DNA of 64,000 nucleotides from Dehalococcoidia bacterium (GTDB lineage Bacteria; Chloroflexota; Dehalococcoidia; UBA2979): NCBI GenBank assembly GCA_020634075.1, contig JACKCJ010000001.1, forward strand, positions 10,887 through 74,886, written 5' to 3'. The notes under the pieces are model-generated. The model ran no database searches and was not told the origin of the DNA. It worked only from the letters and a program-made list of their open reading frames with translations. Of this stretch, positions 29,353 to 38,012 are shown piece after piece; positions within the stretch are counted from its first letter, which is position 1; every line of letters begins with the position of its first letter. A program made the translations under genes and the position numbers.

Positions 29353-30174
29353 CTAGCGGGGGGCGCGGAGGGCGAACGCTTCCGGCGTACGGAGCCACGG
29401 ACGATCGCGGTAGAGCTCGCCCAGGATCACGCGAGCCTCCTCGACGACCTGGTCGGCGGCCGAAGCAGCGCGCCGAGCCGCGGCGTCGTCGCCACCGACG
29501 GCCTTCACGAGGTCGTCGAGCCAGGTGCCGATCCGCCGGCCCAGGCGTGTCTCGGAGGCGACGGTGCGCAGGTGTTCGAGCGGCGGGTACGAGCCTTCGT
29601 CGTCGAAGCACGCGAGACGGCAGGCGGCCGCGCTCGCGCCACCCGCAGCCGCGAGGCCCGGCGCCGGGCTGACCTCGAGCGATCGGAGCGCGCGCACCGA
29701 AGACACGAGGTCGAGGAACAGCGTGCGGGAGATCCGCTCAGGGGCGTCGTCCGGGAGGAGATTGGCTCGGAGGGCGTACTGCTCGCCGCGCCGCAGCCGG
29801 TCAGAGACGGCCTCGGTGTGCCGCGCCTGCCAGCGCGCCTCGATGGCGGCGGGGGTCGTGCCGGAGAGGAAGCGATGCAGGGCGTCGTCGCTCATCACGC
29901 TGAGCGTGACGCGCAGCCCTTCGGCGCGCGGGTGCTCGACCACCGCGCGGTCGGCGGAGATCGCCGGGCCGTAGGGTTCCGGGAGGTTCCGCGCCGAGGG
30001 CGTGTCGATCGTCAGCCAGAACGCGACGGACGAGGTCGCCGGGAACTTCGCGGGCGGCTCCACCAGGAGCAGCGTCACGCGATCGGAGACGGTGCTCCAG
30101 GGGGTTCCGGAGAGCAACGCGCGACCCCACTCGCGCGCCTGCTCCCGCAGGGCGTCGGCGGGGTCGCTGGTCAT
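29353..30174 (-). CDS. hypothetical protein (273 aa)
   Basis: Single long ORF with genome-typical GC3. No recognised motif. Confidence 0.55.
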   Translation of the reverse strand: MTSDPADALREQAREWGRALLSGTPWSTVSDRVTLLLVEPPAKFPATSSVAFWLTIDTPSARNLPEPYGPAISADRAVVEHPRAEGLRVTLSVMSDDALHRFLSGTTPAAIEARWQARHTEAVSDRLRRGEQYALRANLLPDDAPERISRTLFLDLVSSVRALRSLEVSPAPGLAAAGGASAAACRLACFDDEGSYPPLEHLRTVASETRLGRRIGTWLDDLVKAVGGDDAAARRAASAADQVVEEARVILGELYRDRPWLRTPEAFALRAPR

Positions 30175-30213
30175 CGGTACCTCGGTGAGAGCGGGGAGGT
30201 GATCCCCGCGGGA

Positions 30214-30432
30214 CTAGGCGATCTGGCCGTTTGCCTCGAGGGCGACCTTCACCTCGTCGGGGTTGTTGAACATCACGCCCTCGCGGAGCGAGTCGAAGCC
30301 GTCAATGACGTCGTCGCTGATGTCGTTGGCGTAGCAGATGTCGAGGAAGTCCGAGCGAGTCGGCTTGGCCTCGGGGGCGACGCGGAAGATGTGCTCCACG
30401 ACCTCGGCGTACTGGTCCCACTTTGCCGGCAT
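30214..30432 (-). CDS. small DUF2795-like protein (72 aa)
   Basis: MPAKWDQYAEVVEHIF...DVIDGFDSL..FNNPDEVKVAL resembles the DUF2795 pattern. ATG at comp. 30430-30432. Confidence 0.55.
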   Translation of the reverse strand: MPAKWDQYAEVVEHIFRVAPEAKPTRSDFLDICYANDISDDVIDGFDSLREGVMFNNPDEVKVALEANGQIA

Positions 30433-30538
30433 CTGGGCTCCTATCGTCAGCGCGGAAATCCGCGGGTGTGCATCTGGGCCGCCTGACGCGACGGCGGCGC
30501 CCAACGTAGCAGCGGGGCGGGTTGGCGGCTACCGGCCG

Positions 30539-30796
30539 TTACAGCTCCGGAGCGTGATCCACCACGGTCTGCTCGACCCTCGTCAGGCGCTCGGTGACCT
30601 CGAGGTCGGCGTCTTCCAGCGTGCGCCGGATCGCGCCCGTCAGGAGCGAGGCGCCACCCGCCGAGAGGAACCACTCGAGCCCCTGGAGCACGGCCAGCGA
30701 TCGGACGCGTCGCTCGCCACGGTGGCGAATGAACGCGACGACGCTCCCCGCGAGAGCGGCGAGCAGGGCGAACTTGAGGGAGGCCCTGGGGAACAC
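30539..30796 (-). CDS. hypothetical small protein (85 aa), one hydrophobic segment
   Basis: The GTG start is preceded by GGAG. High GC3. Confidence 0.45.
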   Translation of the reverse strand: MFPRASLKFALLAALAGSVVAFIRHRGERRVRSLAVLQGLEWFLSAGGASLLTGAIRRTLEDADLEVTERLTRVEQTVVDHAPEL

Positions 30797-30921
30797 CGGC
30801 GGCTCCGTTCTGTCCCCAGACTAGGGCAGAGCGAGGTCAGCGGCAGTCTGCTCGCTGACGCCCGCCGGCACGGGAGGCTGGGTCGTTCCGCGGACACGGC
30901 CAACCGCTACACTCGCCGCGC

Positions 30922-33900
30922 ATGACGGACTTCCTCGCCGGCTGGCGCTTCGCTCTACGCAGGCTGCGCGCCGGGTGGCGGTTCATGCTCGTCGCCGCCG
31001 TCGGCGTCCTCGTCGCCGCGACACTCCTCGCGATCACGCCCATCTACGCCTCCGCGATGTCCGACCTCGGGCTCTCGTTCCGCCTCGGTCGGGAGCTGCC
31101 GACGACCGAGGAGCGACTGACCTACCTCTCCGCCGAGGGCAACCGCTTCGGCGATCCCACGAGTCAGCGCGCCCTCGAGGCGATGGACGCGATCACGCGC
31201 GAACGGATCGGCTGGCTCGGCGACGCGACGCTCACCGAGGACCGCTCGCAGCGGTTCGACGTCACGTTCCCCGACTACGAGATGCCCTCGGAGCCCGTCG
31301 AGGTCCCCGACGGGACCGATGAGCCCGTCCGTCAGCCGTGGGGCGGGTACCTGTTCCAGCTCGGCGACTTCGAGGGCCACGTCGAGGTCGTGGAGGGACG
31401 CCTCCCCTCCGGCACCGATGCCGCCGAGGTCGTGCTGCCGTGGGGCTTCCAGCGGCACGCGGCGATCGGCGACGTCATCCAGCTCCGGGGCGGCGGCTTC
31501 GACGACTGCCCGAACCTCCCACCCTCCGACGACCCTCAGCAGGCCGCCGAGGAGATCCAGTGCGAGCCGACGGCGTTCGCCTCGATCAGCGTCGCGGTCA
31601 CGGTCGTTGGGTTCGTGCGTCCCGACGACCTCGAAGACCCGCGATGGTCGCTCTTCCTCGGGCAGTGGGTCGCGCCGGACAGCCCGCTGCTGCCCCGCCT
31701 CGCGGACGCGCTGCCCACGGACCCACGCCGCGCCCAGGTGGCGCGGGGCGAGGGCCAGATGCCCCTGCTCACCACCCGCGAGCAATGGGACGGCGTATTC
31801 CGCAACCTCATCCCGGAGCTCAGCCACCTCCACCGCGCCGGCGTCGTCGTCGACACCTCCCGCATCGGGCTCAACGAAGTCGACTACGCGATCTCCGACC
31901 TCACCACCTGGCGCCAGGAGGTGCAGACAAGACTGAGCCTCGACGGCTTCGGCAACCTCGATGTCCTCGAGACGCTGCAGCGCTACCGAAACTCGCAGTC
32001 GTTCACGTCCGTGCCGCTGCTGATCATGCTGCTGCAGGTGGTCGGCATCGTCGTCTACTACGTGGTCATGGTGATGGCGATGCTCCTCGAGCGGCAGCAG
32101 GAGGAGATCGGCGTCTACCGCAGCCGGGGCGCCACCACGGGCCAGCTCGTCGGCCTGTCGTTCGTCGAGGGCCTCGTACTCGCGATTCCAGCGCTCCTCG
32201 TCGCGCCGTGGCTCGCGTCGCAGGTGGTCGCATGGCTCGGCCGGACGCCGACGTTCGACGCCGTCACCGGCGGGGCGGCGCTGCCGTCGACCGTCAGCCC
32301 CGAGGCGTACCTGCTCGCGGTCGCCGGGGGCGCGCTGTCGCTCTTCGCCATCCTCCTGCCGGCGTTCATCGTCGTGCGGCGCGGCATCGTGGACGTGAAG
32401 CGCGAGGAGGCACGTCCCGCGCAGCGGAGCTTCCTCCAGCGGTACTTCCTCGACTTCGGCGTGGTCGCGCTGGCCGCGCTGCTGCTGTGGCAGCTCGACC
32501 AGCGCGGATCCGTGTTCGACCCATCCTCCGTGGGCGGCTGGTCGAGCGACCCGGTGCTCCTCGCGGCGCCGCTCGCCATCACTGCTGCCGTGTCGTTGAT
32601 GATGCTGCGGTTCTACCCGCCGCTGATCCGCATCGCGGCGCGCGTCCTGCTGTTGTTCAAGGGCACGGCCGCGGCGATCGGGCTGCGCCGAGCCGGCCGC
32701 GCGCCCGCCTCGTACGCCCGCGTCACGCTGCTCGTCATCCTCGCCATCGCCGTGGGCACGTTCGCTGCGTCCTACGGCCCGACCGTCGACCGCTCGTACG
32801 AGGAGCGCGCACGCTACGACGCCGGCGTCGACCTGCGCGGGCGTCTGAGCGACCAGACCGACGAGCACTTCGATGAGAAGGTTGCGACCCTGGGCGCCCA
32901 GGACGGCATCGCCCACGTCATCGGCGTTCATCGCGGCTCGATCACCGCGGCCGGCAACGTCGCCGTCCCGATCCTGGCCCTCGATCCGGAGGTCGCGCAG
33001 GAGGCGCTCTGGTGGCGCGACGACCTGGCCTCGGAATCACTCGACACGCTCATGCGCCGGCTTCAGAGCGTGGTGCCTCCGGGGGGCGGGTACGTGCTCC
33101 CCGATGGGGCTGAGAGTGTCCAGATCTGGGTGAACACACCCTCGCCCACGCGCTTCGTCCCGCGCGCGCGGTTCCGCCTGGAGGACGGAAGTTACGTCCA
33201 GGCCTTCTTCGAGTCACCGACCGCCCAGCCTGACCAGTGGGCGCCGTGGCGGGTCGCCGTCCCGAAGCACGAGGGCGAGATCGTCTTCGCCGGGATGCTC
33301 GTGGGGGACCGCCAGGACGGCAGCCTCCGGCTCCAGGGTTCGCTGCTCCTCGACGATCTCTCGGCGATCACGGCCGGTGGCGTCGAAGTGGCCCTCGATG
33401 ACTTCGAAGGCGTTCAGCGCTGGATGATGCTCGGCGCGGCCGACACGCAGGAGAGCTTCGCCGTCGACAACACCGCGGCCCACGACGGCGTCCAGTCGCT
33501 CCGCTGGACGTGGCAGCCACTCATCGGCCCGCGCACGCGGTTGCTCGCCCCGTTCGACCCGACGCTGCCGCTGGCGGCGGTCATGGACCGCGCCGGGGCC
33601 GGCGCCTTCCGTGCGGACGTCGGGAGCATCGTCCTCGCGGACTTCGAGGGGATCGCGGTGCCGGTCCAGGTCCGCGCGATCGTCGACTACTTCCCAACCC
33701 TCGATCCCGGCGTCGGCAACGTGATCGTGAACATCGATCAGTTGCAGGAGATCGCCGGGCTCCTCGACTTCCCGAAGTTCGCGTACCCAACCGAGCTGTG
33801 GGTCGACTTCGCGGATGGCGTCAGCAGCGACCAGCAGGTCGCGCTCGCGGAAGCGCTCGAGGGCGGCCAGGAACCTCGCATCAGCCCCGACTGGATCGTC

Positions 33901-34371
33901 CAGGACGAGGCAGTCCGGACGGCGCAGTCCGACCCGACGCTGCAAGCCGCCGGCTCCGGCATCCTCGCCGTCGCGTTCGTGGCGGTGATCGGACTCTGCA
34001 CCGTCGGCTTCATCGCGACCATGGTCCTCGGTGCGCGCGGGCGGGCGACCGAGTTCGCGGTGCTGCGCGCCGTCGGCGTCGGGAAGCCGGAGATCCTTCG
34101 CGCGCTCGTGCTCGAGTGGGGCGTCGTGCTGGTCGTCGGGACCACCGTCGGCGGCTTCGTCGGTCGCGAGGTGGCGCGCATCATGATGCGCTTCCTGAAC
34201 GTGACCGAGACCGGGTCGAAGGTCTTGCCGCCGTTCGTCCTCGAGACGTCGTGGACGACGCTCGGGCTCGGTCTCGGCGTGCTGGCCGGGGCGGTCGCCG
34301 GGAGCCTCCTCGCCGCGTGGCTCTTCTCGATGCGGCGCTCGCCGACCATCGAGCTGCGCGTCACGCAGTAG
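30922..34371 (+). CDS. large FtsX-family ABC transporter permease (two FtsX modules, 1149 aa)
   Basis: Two 4-TM FtsX-like blocks (around aa 380-510 and 1010-1149) are separated by large extracytoplasmic domains. No ATPase gene is adjacent. Confidence 0.85.
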   Translation: MTDFLAGWRFALRRLRAGWRFMLVAAVGVLVAATLLAITPIYASAMSDLGLSFRLGRELPTTEERLTYLSAEGNRFGDPTSQRALEAMDAITRERIGWLGDATLTEDRSQRFDVTFPDYEMPSEPVEVPDGTDEPVRQPWGGYLFQLGDFEGHVEVVEGRLPSGTDAAEVVLPWGFQRHAAIGDVIQLRGGGFDDCPNLPPSDDPQQAAEEIQCEPTAFASISVAVTVVGFVRPDDLEDPRWSLFLGQWVAPDSPLLPRLADALPTDPRRAQVARGEGQMPLLTTREQWDGVFRNLIPELSHLHRAGVVVDTSRIGLNEVDYAISDLTTWRQEVQTRLSLDGFGNLDVLETLQRYRNSQSFTSVPLLIMLLQVVGIVVYYVVMVMAMLLERQQEEIGVYRSRGATTGQLVGLSFVEGLVLAIPALLVAPWLASQVVAWLGRTPTFDAVTGGAALPSTVSPEAYLLAVAGGALSLFAILLPAFIVVRRGIVDVKREEARPAQRSFLQRYFLDFGVVALAALLLWQLDQRGSVFDPSSVGGWSSDPVLLAAPLAITAAVSLMMLRFYPPLIRIAARVLLLFKGTAAAIGLRRAGRAPASYARVTLLVILAIAVGTFAASYGPTVDRSYEERARYDAGVDLRGRLSDQTDEHFDEKVATLGAQDGIAHVIGVHRGSITAAGNVAVPILALDPEVAQEALWWRDDLASESLDTLMRRLQSVVPPGGGYVLPDGAESVQIWVNTPSPTRFVPRARFRLEDGSYVQAFFESPTAQPDQWAPWRVAVPKHEGEIVFAGMLVGDRQDGSLRLQGSLLLDDLSAITAGGVEVALDDFEGVQRWMMLGAADTQESFAVDNTAAHDGVQSLRWTWQPLIGPRTRLLAPFDPTLPLAAVMDRAGAGAFRADVGSIVLADFEGIAVPVQVRAIVDYFPTLDPGVGNVIVNIDQLQEIAGLLDFPKFAYPTELWVDFADGVSSDQQVALAEALEGGQEPRISPDWIVQDEAVRTAQSDPTLQAAGSGILAVAFVAVIGLCTVGFIATMVLGARGRATEFAVLRAVGVGKPEILRALVLEWGVVLVVGTTVGGFVGREVARIMMRFLNVTETGSKVLPPFVLETSWTTLGLGLGVLAGAVAGSLLAAWLFSMRRSPTIELRVTQ

Positions 34372-34399
34372 CGGGCGTCCGAGGAACGCGAGTGACCCG

Positions 34400-34846
34400 C
34401 TAGCGGGAGTCGCCCTCCCGCAGGTCAGCCGGCACCCTCAGGACCGCCTCCGCGGCACCGTCGGCATCCACGCGGATCACGACCACGTCCCCGATCGTCA
34501 GCGGCGTCGATGCCGGCGCGATGCGGTAGAGCCGCGCGGGCGACGTGACGCGCAGCTGCAGGCGTGCACCGCCTCCCTCGACGGCGAACGCAGCATCCTC
34601 GACGTCGGCCGTCGCGCCCGAGCGCGTCACCTGGCCGCCCAGTGCGCCTTCCTCGAAGCCGGTGAACCCGCCCGCGGAGCGCAGCGCGACATCGCGTGGA
34701 GCGGCCGCGGAGGGCCGGTCGAGCGTGAGCGTCCGCGTGCCGGGCTCGCTCGCGCGGTCGGCCAGCTTCGAGCCGGCGAAGAAGCCGCCGACGGCGACTG
34801 CGAGCAGCGCGACCGCGAAGAGGCCGGAGCGCGCGGCGGAGGACAT
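34400..34846 (-). CDS. N-terminally anchored small protein (148 aa)
   Basis: TM anchor LFAVALLAVAVGGFFAG followed by a beta-rich domain. Its start overlaps the upstream stop (TGATG). Confidence 0.55.
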   Translation of the reverse strand: MSSAARSGLFAVALLAVAVGGFFAGSKLADRASEPGTRTLTLDRPSAAAPRDVALRSAGGFTGFEEGALGGQVTRSGATADVEDAAFAVEGGGARLQLRVTSPARLYRIAPASTPLTIGDVVVIRVDADGAAEAVLRVPADLREGDSR

Positions 34847-35217
34847 CAGCGCAGCTCCTCGAACGCCACGACGCCCGTGAGCACCTGCCCGAACGCGGTG
34901 TCGTCGACGCCGACGTTGACGCGCGTGCCGTCGGCAGGGATCGCCTCCAGGCGCTGGAGGTCCTCGACGGGAGCGGCGCCCACAGCGACGTCGCGAGAGC
35001 CGCCACCACCGACGTTCAAACGCACGGAGTCGCCGTCGATGCCGGAGACGGCGCCGATGACGTAGCGAGGGGCGGGCGGGGGAGTGCCTTCGAAGTCGAC
35101 GACGAGCGTGTCCCGCGCCGGCTCATGCGAGTAGACATAACCGATGACACCGGCAAGGACGAACAACGCGAGGAAGAGCGCGACCGGGAGGGCGGACGCG
35201 CGAAGGCGACGGCTCAT
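34846..35217 (-). CDS. N-terminally anchored small protein (123 aa)
   Basis: TM anchor LPVALFLALFVLAGVIGYV. Translationally coupled to the downstream gene. Confidence 0.55.
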   Translation of the reverse strand: MSRRLRASALPVALFLALFVLAGVIGYVYSHEPARDTLVVDFEGTPPPAPRYVIGAVSGIDGDSVRLNVGGGGSRDVAVGAAPVEDLQRLEAIPADGTRVNVGVDDTAFGQVLTGVVAFEELR

Positions 35218-35226
35218 GCCGGGATG

Positions 35227-35772
35227 TTAGTCGCCGAGGAGGGTGTCGTAGCCGAGGGCACGGATTTCCTCGACGTACTCGGAGCGCCAGCCCGGGGCGG
35301 GGACGCGCCGCTTCCGCTCGCGGAACTCGCGGTGGTAGCGGACGTACTCTTCCTCGAGACGCTGGCGCCAGGCGGTCTCCTCGCGGAATACGTCTGGGTC
35401 GACCTCCTCGAGGTTGAGGTCGATCTCCTCGGGCGTCAGCTCGTAGTCGTCGCGCCAGTACTCGGCGAGGTAGTCGAGTGACTCTTCGAGGTCGCGGCGG
35501 CAATCGAGCATGTAGGACTCGAGGGCGGTCGTCGCGTCCACCTCGGAGCCGTGGAGGCCCTCGGAGCGCGCGCACGCCTCGCAGAGCGAGATGAGCTTGC
35601 GGGCGTCGCACTCGTCACCACGCGGGCAGTTGCGGTGACGCGGGGCGTACTCGTTGAGGGTGGGCTTTCGGGAGTAGCCGATCACGAGGGCCTCGTAATC
35701 GTGACCACAGCGGGGGCACGAGAGGACGTCCCCGAAGATCTTGTTGATGGTCTCTTCCCAGTCGATTTGCAC
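35227..35772 (-). CDS. zinc-ribbon-containing hypothetical protein (181 aa)
   Basis: GTG at comp. 35770-35772, downstream of GAGGGAGG. Contains CPRCGH..CPRGDEC..CEAC and an acidic C-terminal half. Confidence 0.5.
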   Translation of the reverse strand: MQIDWEETINKIFGDVLSCPRCGHDYEALVIGYSRKPTLNEYAPRHRNCPRGDECDARKLISLCEACARSEGLHGSEVDATTALESYMLDCRRDLEESLDYLAEYWRDDYELTPEEIDLNLEEVDPDVFREETAWRQRLEEEYVRYHREFRERKRRVPAPGWRSEYVEEIRALGYDTLLGD

Positions 35773-35881
35773 TTCTCCGAGACCTCCCTCGCTGGACGAG
35801 ATCGATCGTAGTGCTGGCGGTTTGGCTGTCAAACGAACAGGGCGTGAAGCCACTGACCGCGACGCCAGGGGCGGGGCAGCA

Positions 35882-36514
35882 TCAGCCGATGACGCCCCGG
35901 ACCGACTCGAACAGCCCTCGCTCGACGAAGGCGGCGATCGGGCCGACTGCGGCAACGACGACGATCGTCCATGCCGCGGCGCGCTGGGCCATGAGCAACG
36001 TGGGGAGCGCGAACGCCGCGGCGACCTCCGCCACGGGCACGGCGAGGTAGTCGAACGACGGGCCGATCCCGTCATTGAGCAGGATCAGTCCCTCGCCAAA
36101 CAACGCTCCACCGAGCAAGCCAAGCGCCAGCGGTACCGCGACGTTCGCGCGCCAGGCGGCGCCGCAGAGGCCGAAGAACGCGCCGACCGGTACGGCCGCG
36201 ACCGCCCAGGCGGAACCCGCGTCCAGCGAGAGCCGATTGGGCGCCTGCTCCGCGTCGAGCAACTCGATCGCCAGGTAGTAGCCGAGGATCGCCGCCAGCA
36301 GTGCGACGGCGCCCAGCACCGCGCCGGGTAGCGCCGCCCGCGACCTCGTCCCGAGCGCGAAGGCGAGCAGCAGCCACGGACCGGCGACGTTCGTCAGGAC
36401 GCGGACGGCGGCCAGGTTCGCGCCGTCGCCCCACCAGCAGGCGACGCCCCAGAGCGCTCCCGCCAGGACCGCGTATGCGAGATCTTGCGGGACGACCGCG
36501 CCGCCGAGCTTCAC
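35882..36514 (-). CDS. integral membrane protein (210 aa)
   Basis: The GTG start lies 8 nt after the upstream stop. Multiple hydrophobic segments. The rest of the 311-aa ORF overlaps the upstream gene. Confidence 0.55.
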   Translation of the reverse strand: MKLGGAVVPQDLAYAVLAGALWGVACWWGDGANLAAVRVLTNVAGPWLLLAFALGTRSRAALPGAVLGAVALLAAILGYYLAIELLDAEQAPNRLSLDAGSAWAVAAVPVGAFFGLCGAAWRANVAVPLALGLLGGALFGEGLILLNDGIGPSFDYLAVPVAEVAAAFALPTLLMAQRAAAWTIVVVAAVGPIAAFVERGLFESVRGVIG

Positions 36515-36521
36515 AGGCCCA

Positions 36522-37013
36522 CTAGTCCTCGAACGTCCTCGCGTAGCCGCCGGCCTGTCCGGGCATCTCCTCCACGTCGACCTCGATGCGGCCGATATTC
36601 GCATGCCCGTTCGCCTGGAGCTGCTGCACGACGCGCTCCGCGATGAACTCCGCGAGCAGCTCCGCCGTGGTGTTCTCGATCGGCAGCGCCACGACGTCGC
36701 TCTTTGGGAACGAGTAGGCGCGCTCGCCAAAGCGCACGGACCAGGAGGTGTCGCCTTCCTCGACCTGGAGCAGGGGCGAGTTCCGCTGCAGCAGGAAATG
36801 GTGGTCCAGCTCGTCACACACGTCCCGCGCGTAGCGCTTGAGCGCCGAGAAGTCGATCACCCAGCGGTCGTCCGTGAGTTCACCCTCGACACGGCAGCGC
36901 ACGAGGTAGTTGTGGCCGTGGAGCGGCTCGAGCTCGTCACCGAGGGTGGCCATGTGGGCGGCGGCGAACTTCAGCCGCACGCGTTCGACGGTGACGTGTC
37001 GCTGGACGCTCAT
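36522..37013 (-). CDS. 6-pyruvoyl-tetrahydropterin synthase family (QueD-like) protein
   Basis: FAAAHM..PLHGHNY Zn-ligand pattern. No Cys four residues before HGH. 163 aa. Confidence 0.75.
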   Translation of the reverse strand: MSVQRHVTVERVRLKFAAAHMATLGDELEPLHGHNYLVRCRVEGELTDDRWVIDFSALKRYARDVCDELDHHFLLQRNSPLLQVEEGDTSWSVRFGERAYSFPKSDVVALPIENTTAELLAEFIAERVVQQLQANGHANIGRIEVDVEEMPGQAGGYARTFED

Positions 37014-37056
37014 GATGATCCTCCGAGCCCGTGCCGACCGGGCGCCTGACAGACGA

Positions 37057-37083
37057 CGAGGGCGGCCTCGTGGGCCGCCCTCG
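37057..37083 (-). terminator. stem-loop downstream of korB
   Basis: 11-bp perfect stem CGAGGGCGGCC/GGCCGCCCTCG with a 5-nt loop, 32 nt after the korB stop. The U-tract is weak. Confidence 0.45.
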
Positions 37084-37114
37084 CGGTGTTCGAACCGATT
37101 GGAGCCCGGGGCTC

Positions 37115-37993
37115 CTAGGCGATGACCATCGACTGGAGCAGCTTCTCGACGGACGCCTGCTCGATGTTGCCCTTGGCCTTTGCCTCGGCCAGCCGCTGGT
37201 GCAGCGGGACGCTCTCGCCGGCCTTCTTGTAGAGGAGGCCGATCGGGATGCGCCGACCGCGGACCAGGTCCGCCGCAGCGGTGATGTCGGTGACGTCGTG
37301 GCTGTCTTCGATCGGGAAGGCGAGGGGCTCGATGCCCTTCTTCTCGTCACCCTTGAGGAGCGAGTACGTGTCGTTGTACGTCGTGCACGGCGACTGCACG
37401 TGCACGATCGAGAAGCCCGGGTAGTCCATCGCGGCGCGGATGTCGCCCGCGAGTTCCTTCACGCGGGAGGACATCTGCGAGGTGATGTAGGGGACACCGG
37501 CGCCGAGGTAGAAGAGGAACGGGTTCATCTTCTCCTCGAGCTTGCCCCAGCGGGTCGTCGACGTCACGACGTTCAGCTCGGTGGTCGGCGACGCCTGGCC
37601 CTTGGTGAGGCCGTAGATGCCGTTGTCCATGATCACCGCGGTGATGTCGAGGTTGCGACGCGCCTGCGGCGCGATGTGCTCGTTGCCGATCGAGAGGAAG
37701 TCACCGTCGCCGCAGACCACCACGACGTTGAGGTCGGGGCGGGCGGACTTGATGCCGTAAGCGATCGGCAGCGCGCGACCGTGGATGCCGTGGATGCCGA
37801 AGGGCTGCGGGCCCTCCATCATGTGCACCATGTTGCCGGAGCAGCCGATGCCGGCCACCACGACGGTGTTCTCGATGGACTGGTTCTTCTCGGCCATGCG
37901 GCCGGCCAGGGCCTGCTCCAGCGCGACCTTCACACCGAAGTCGCCGCAGCCGGGGCACCACTTGAAGTCGTAGAGCGGGTTTCGCTTAGCCAT
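37115..37993 (-). CDS. korB: 2-oxoacid:ferredoxin oxidoreductase beta (TPP-binding) subunit
   Basis: WCPGCGDFG and VVVCGDGDFLSIGNEH motifs. Confidence 0.88.
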   Translation of the reverse strand: MAKRNPLYDFKWCPGCGDFGVKVALEQALAGRMAEKNQSIENTVVVAGIGCSGNMVHMMEGPQPFGIHGIHGRALPIAYGIKSARPDLNVVVVCGDGDFLSIGNEHIAPQARRNLDITAVIMDNGIYGLTKGQASPTTELNVVTSTTRWGKLEEKMNPFLFYLGAGVPYITSQMSSRVKELAGDIRAAMDYPGFSIVHVQSPCTTYNDTYSLLKGDEKKGIEPLAFPIEDSHDVTDITAAADLVRGRRIPIGLLYKKAGESVPLHQRLAEAKAKGNIEQASVEKLLQSMVIA

Positions 37994-38012
37994 GTCTAGA
38001 TCCTAGGCCCTT

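Noticed and set aside
37081-37105. tRNA-like T-loop sequence GGTGTTCGAACCG
   Set aside because: No acceptor, D or anticodon arms can be drawn around it. It lies in a 100-nt spacer already occupied by the korB terminator hairpin.
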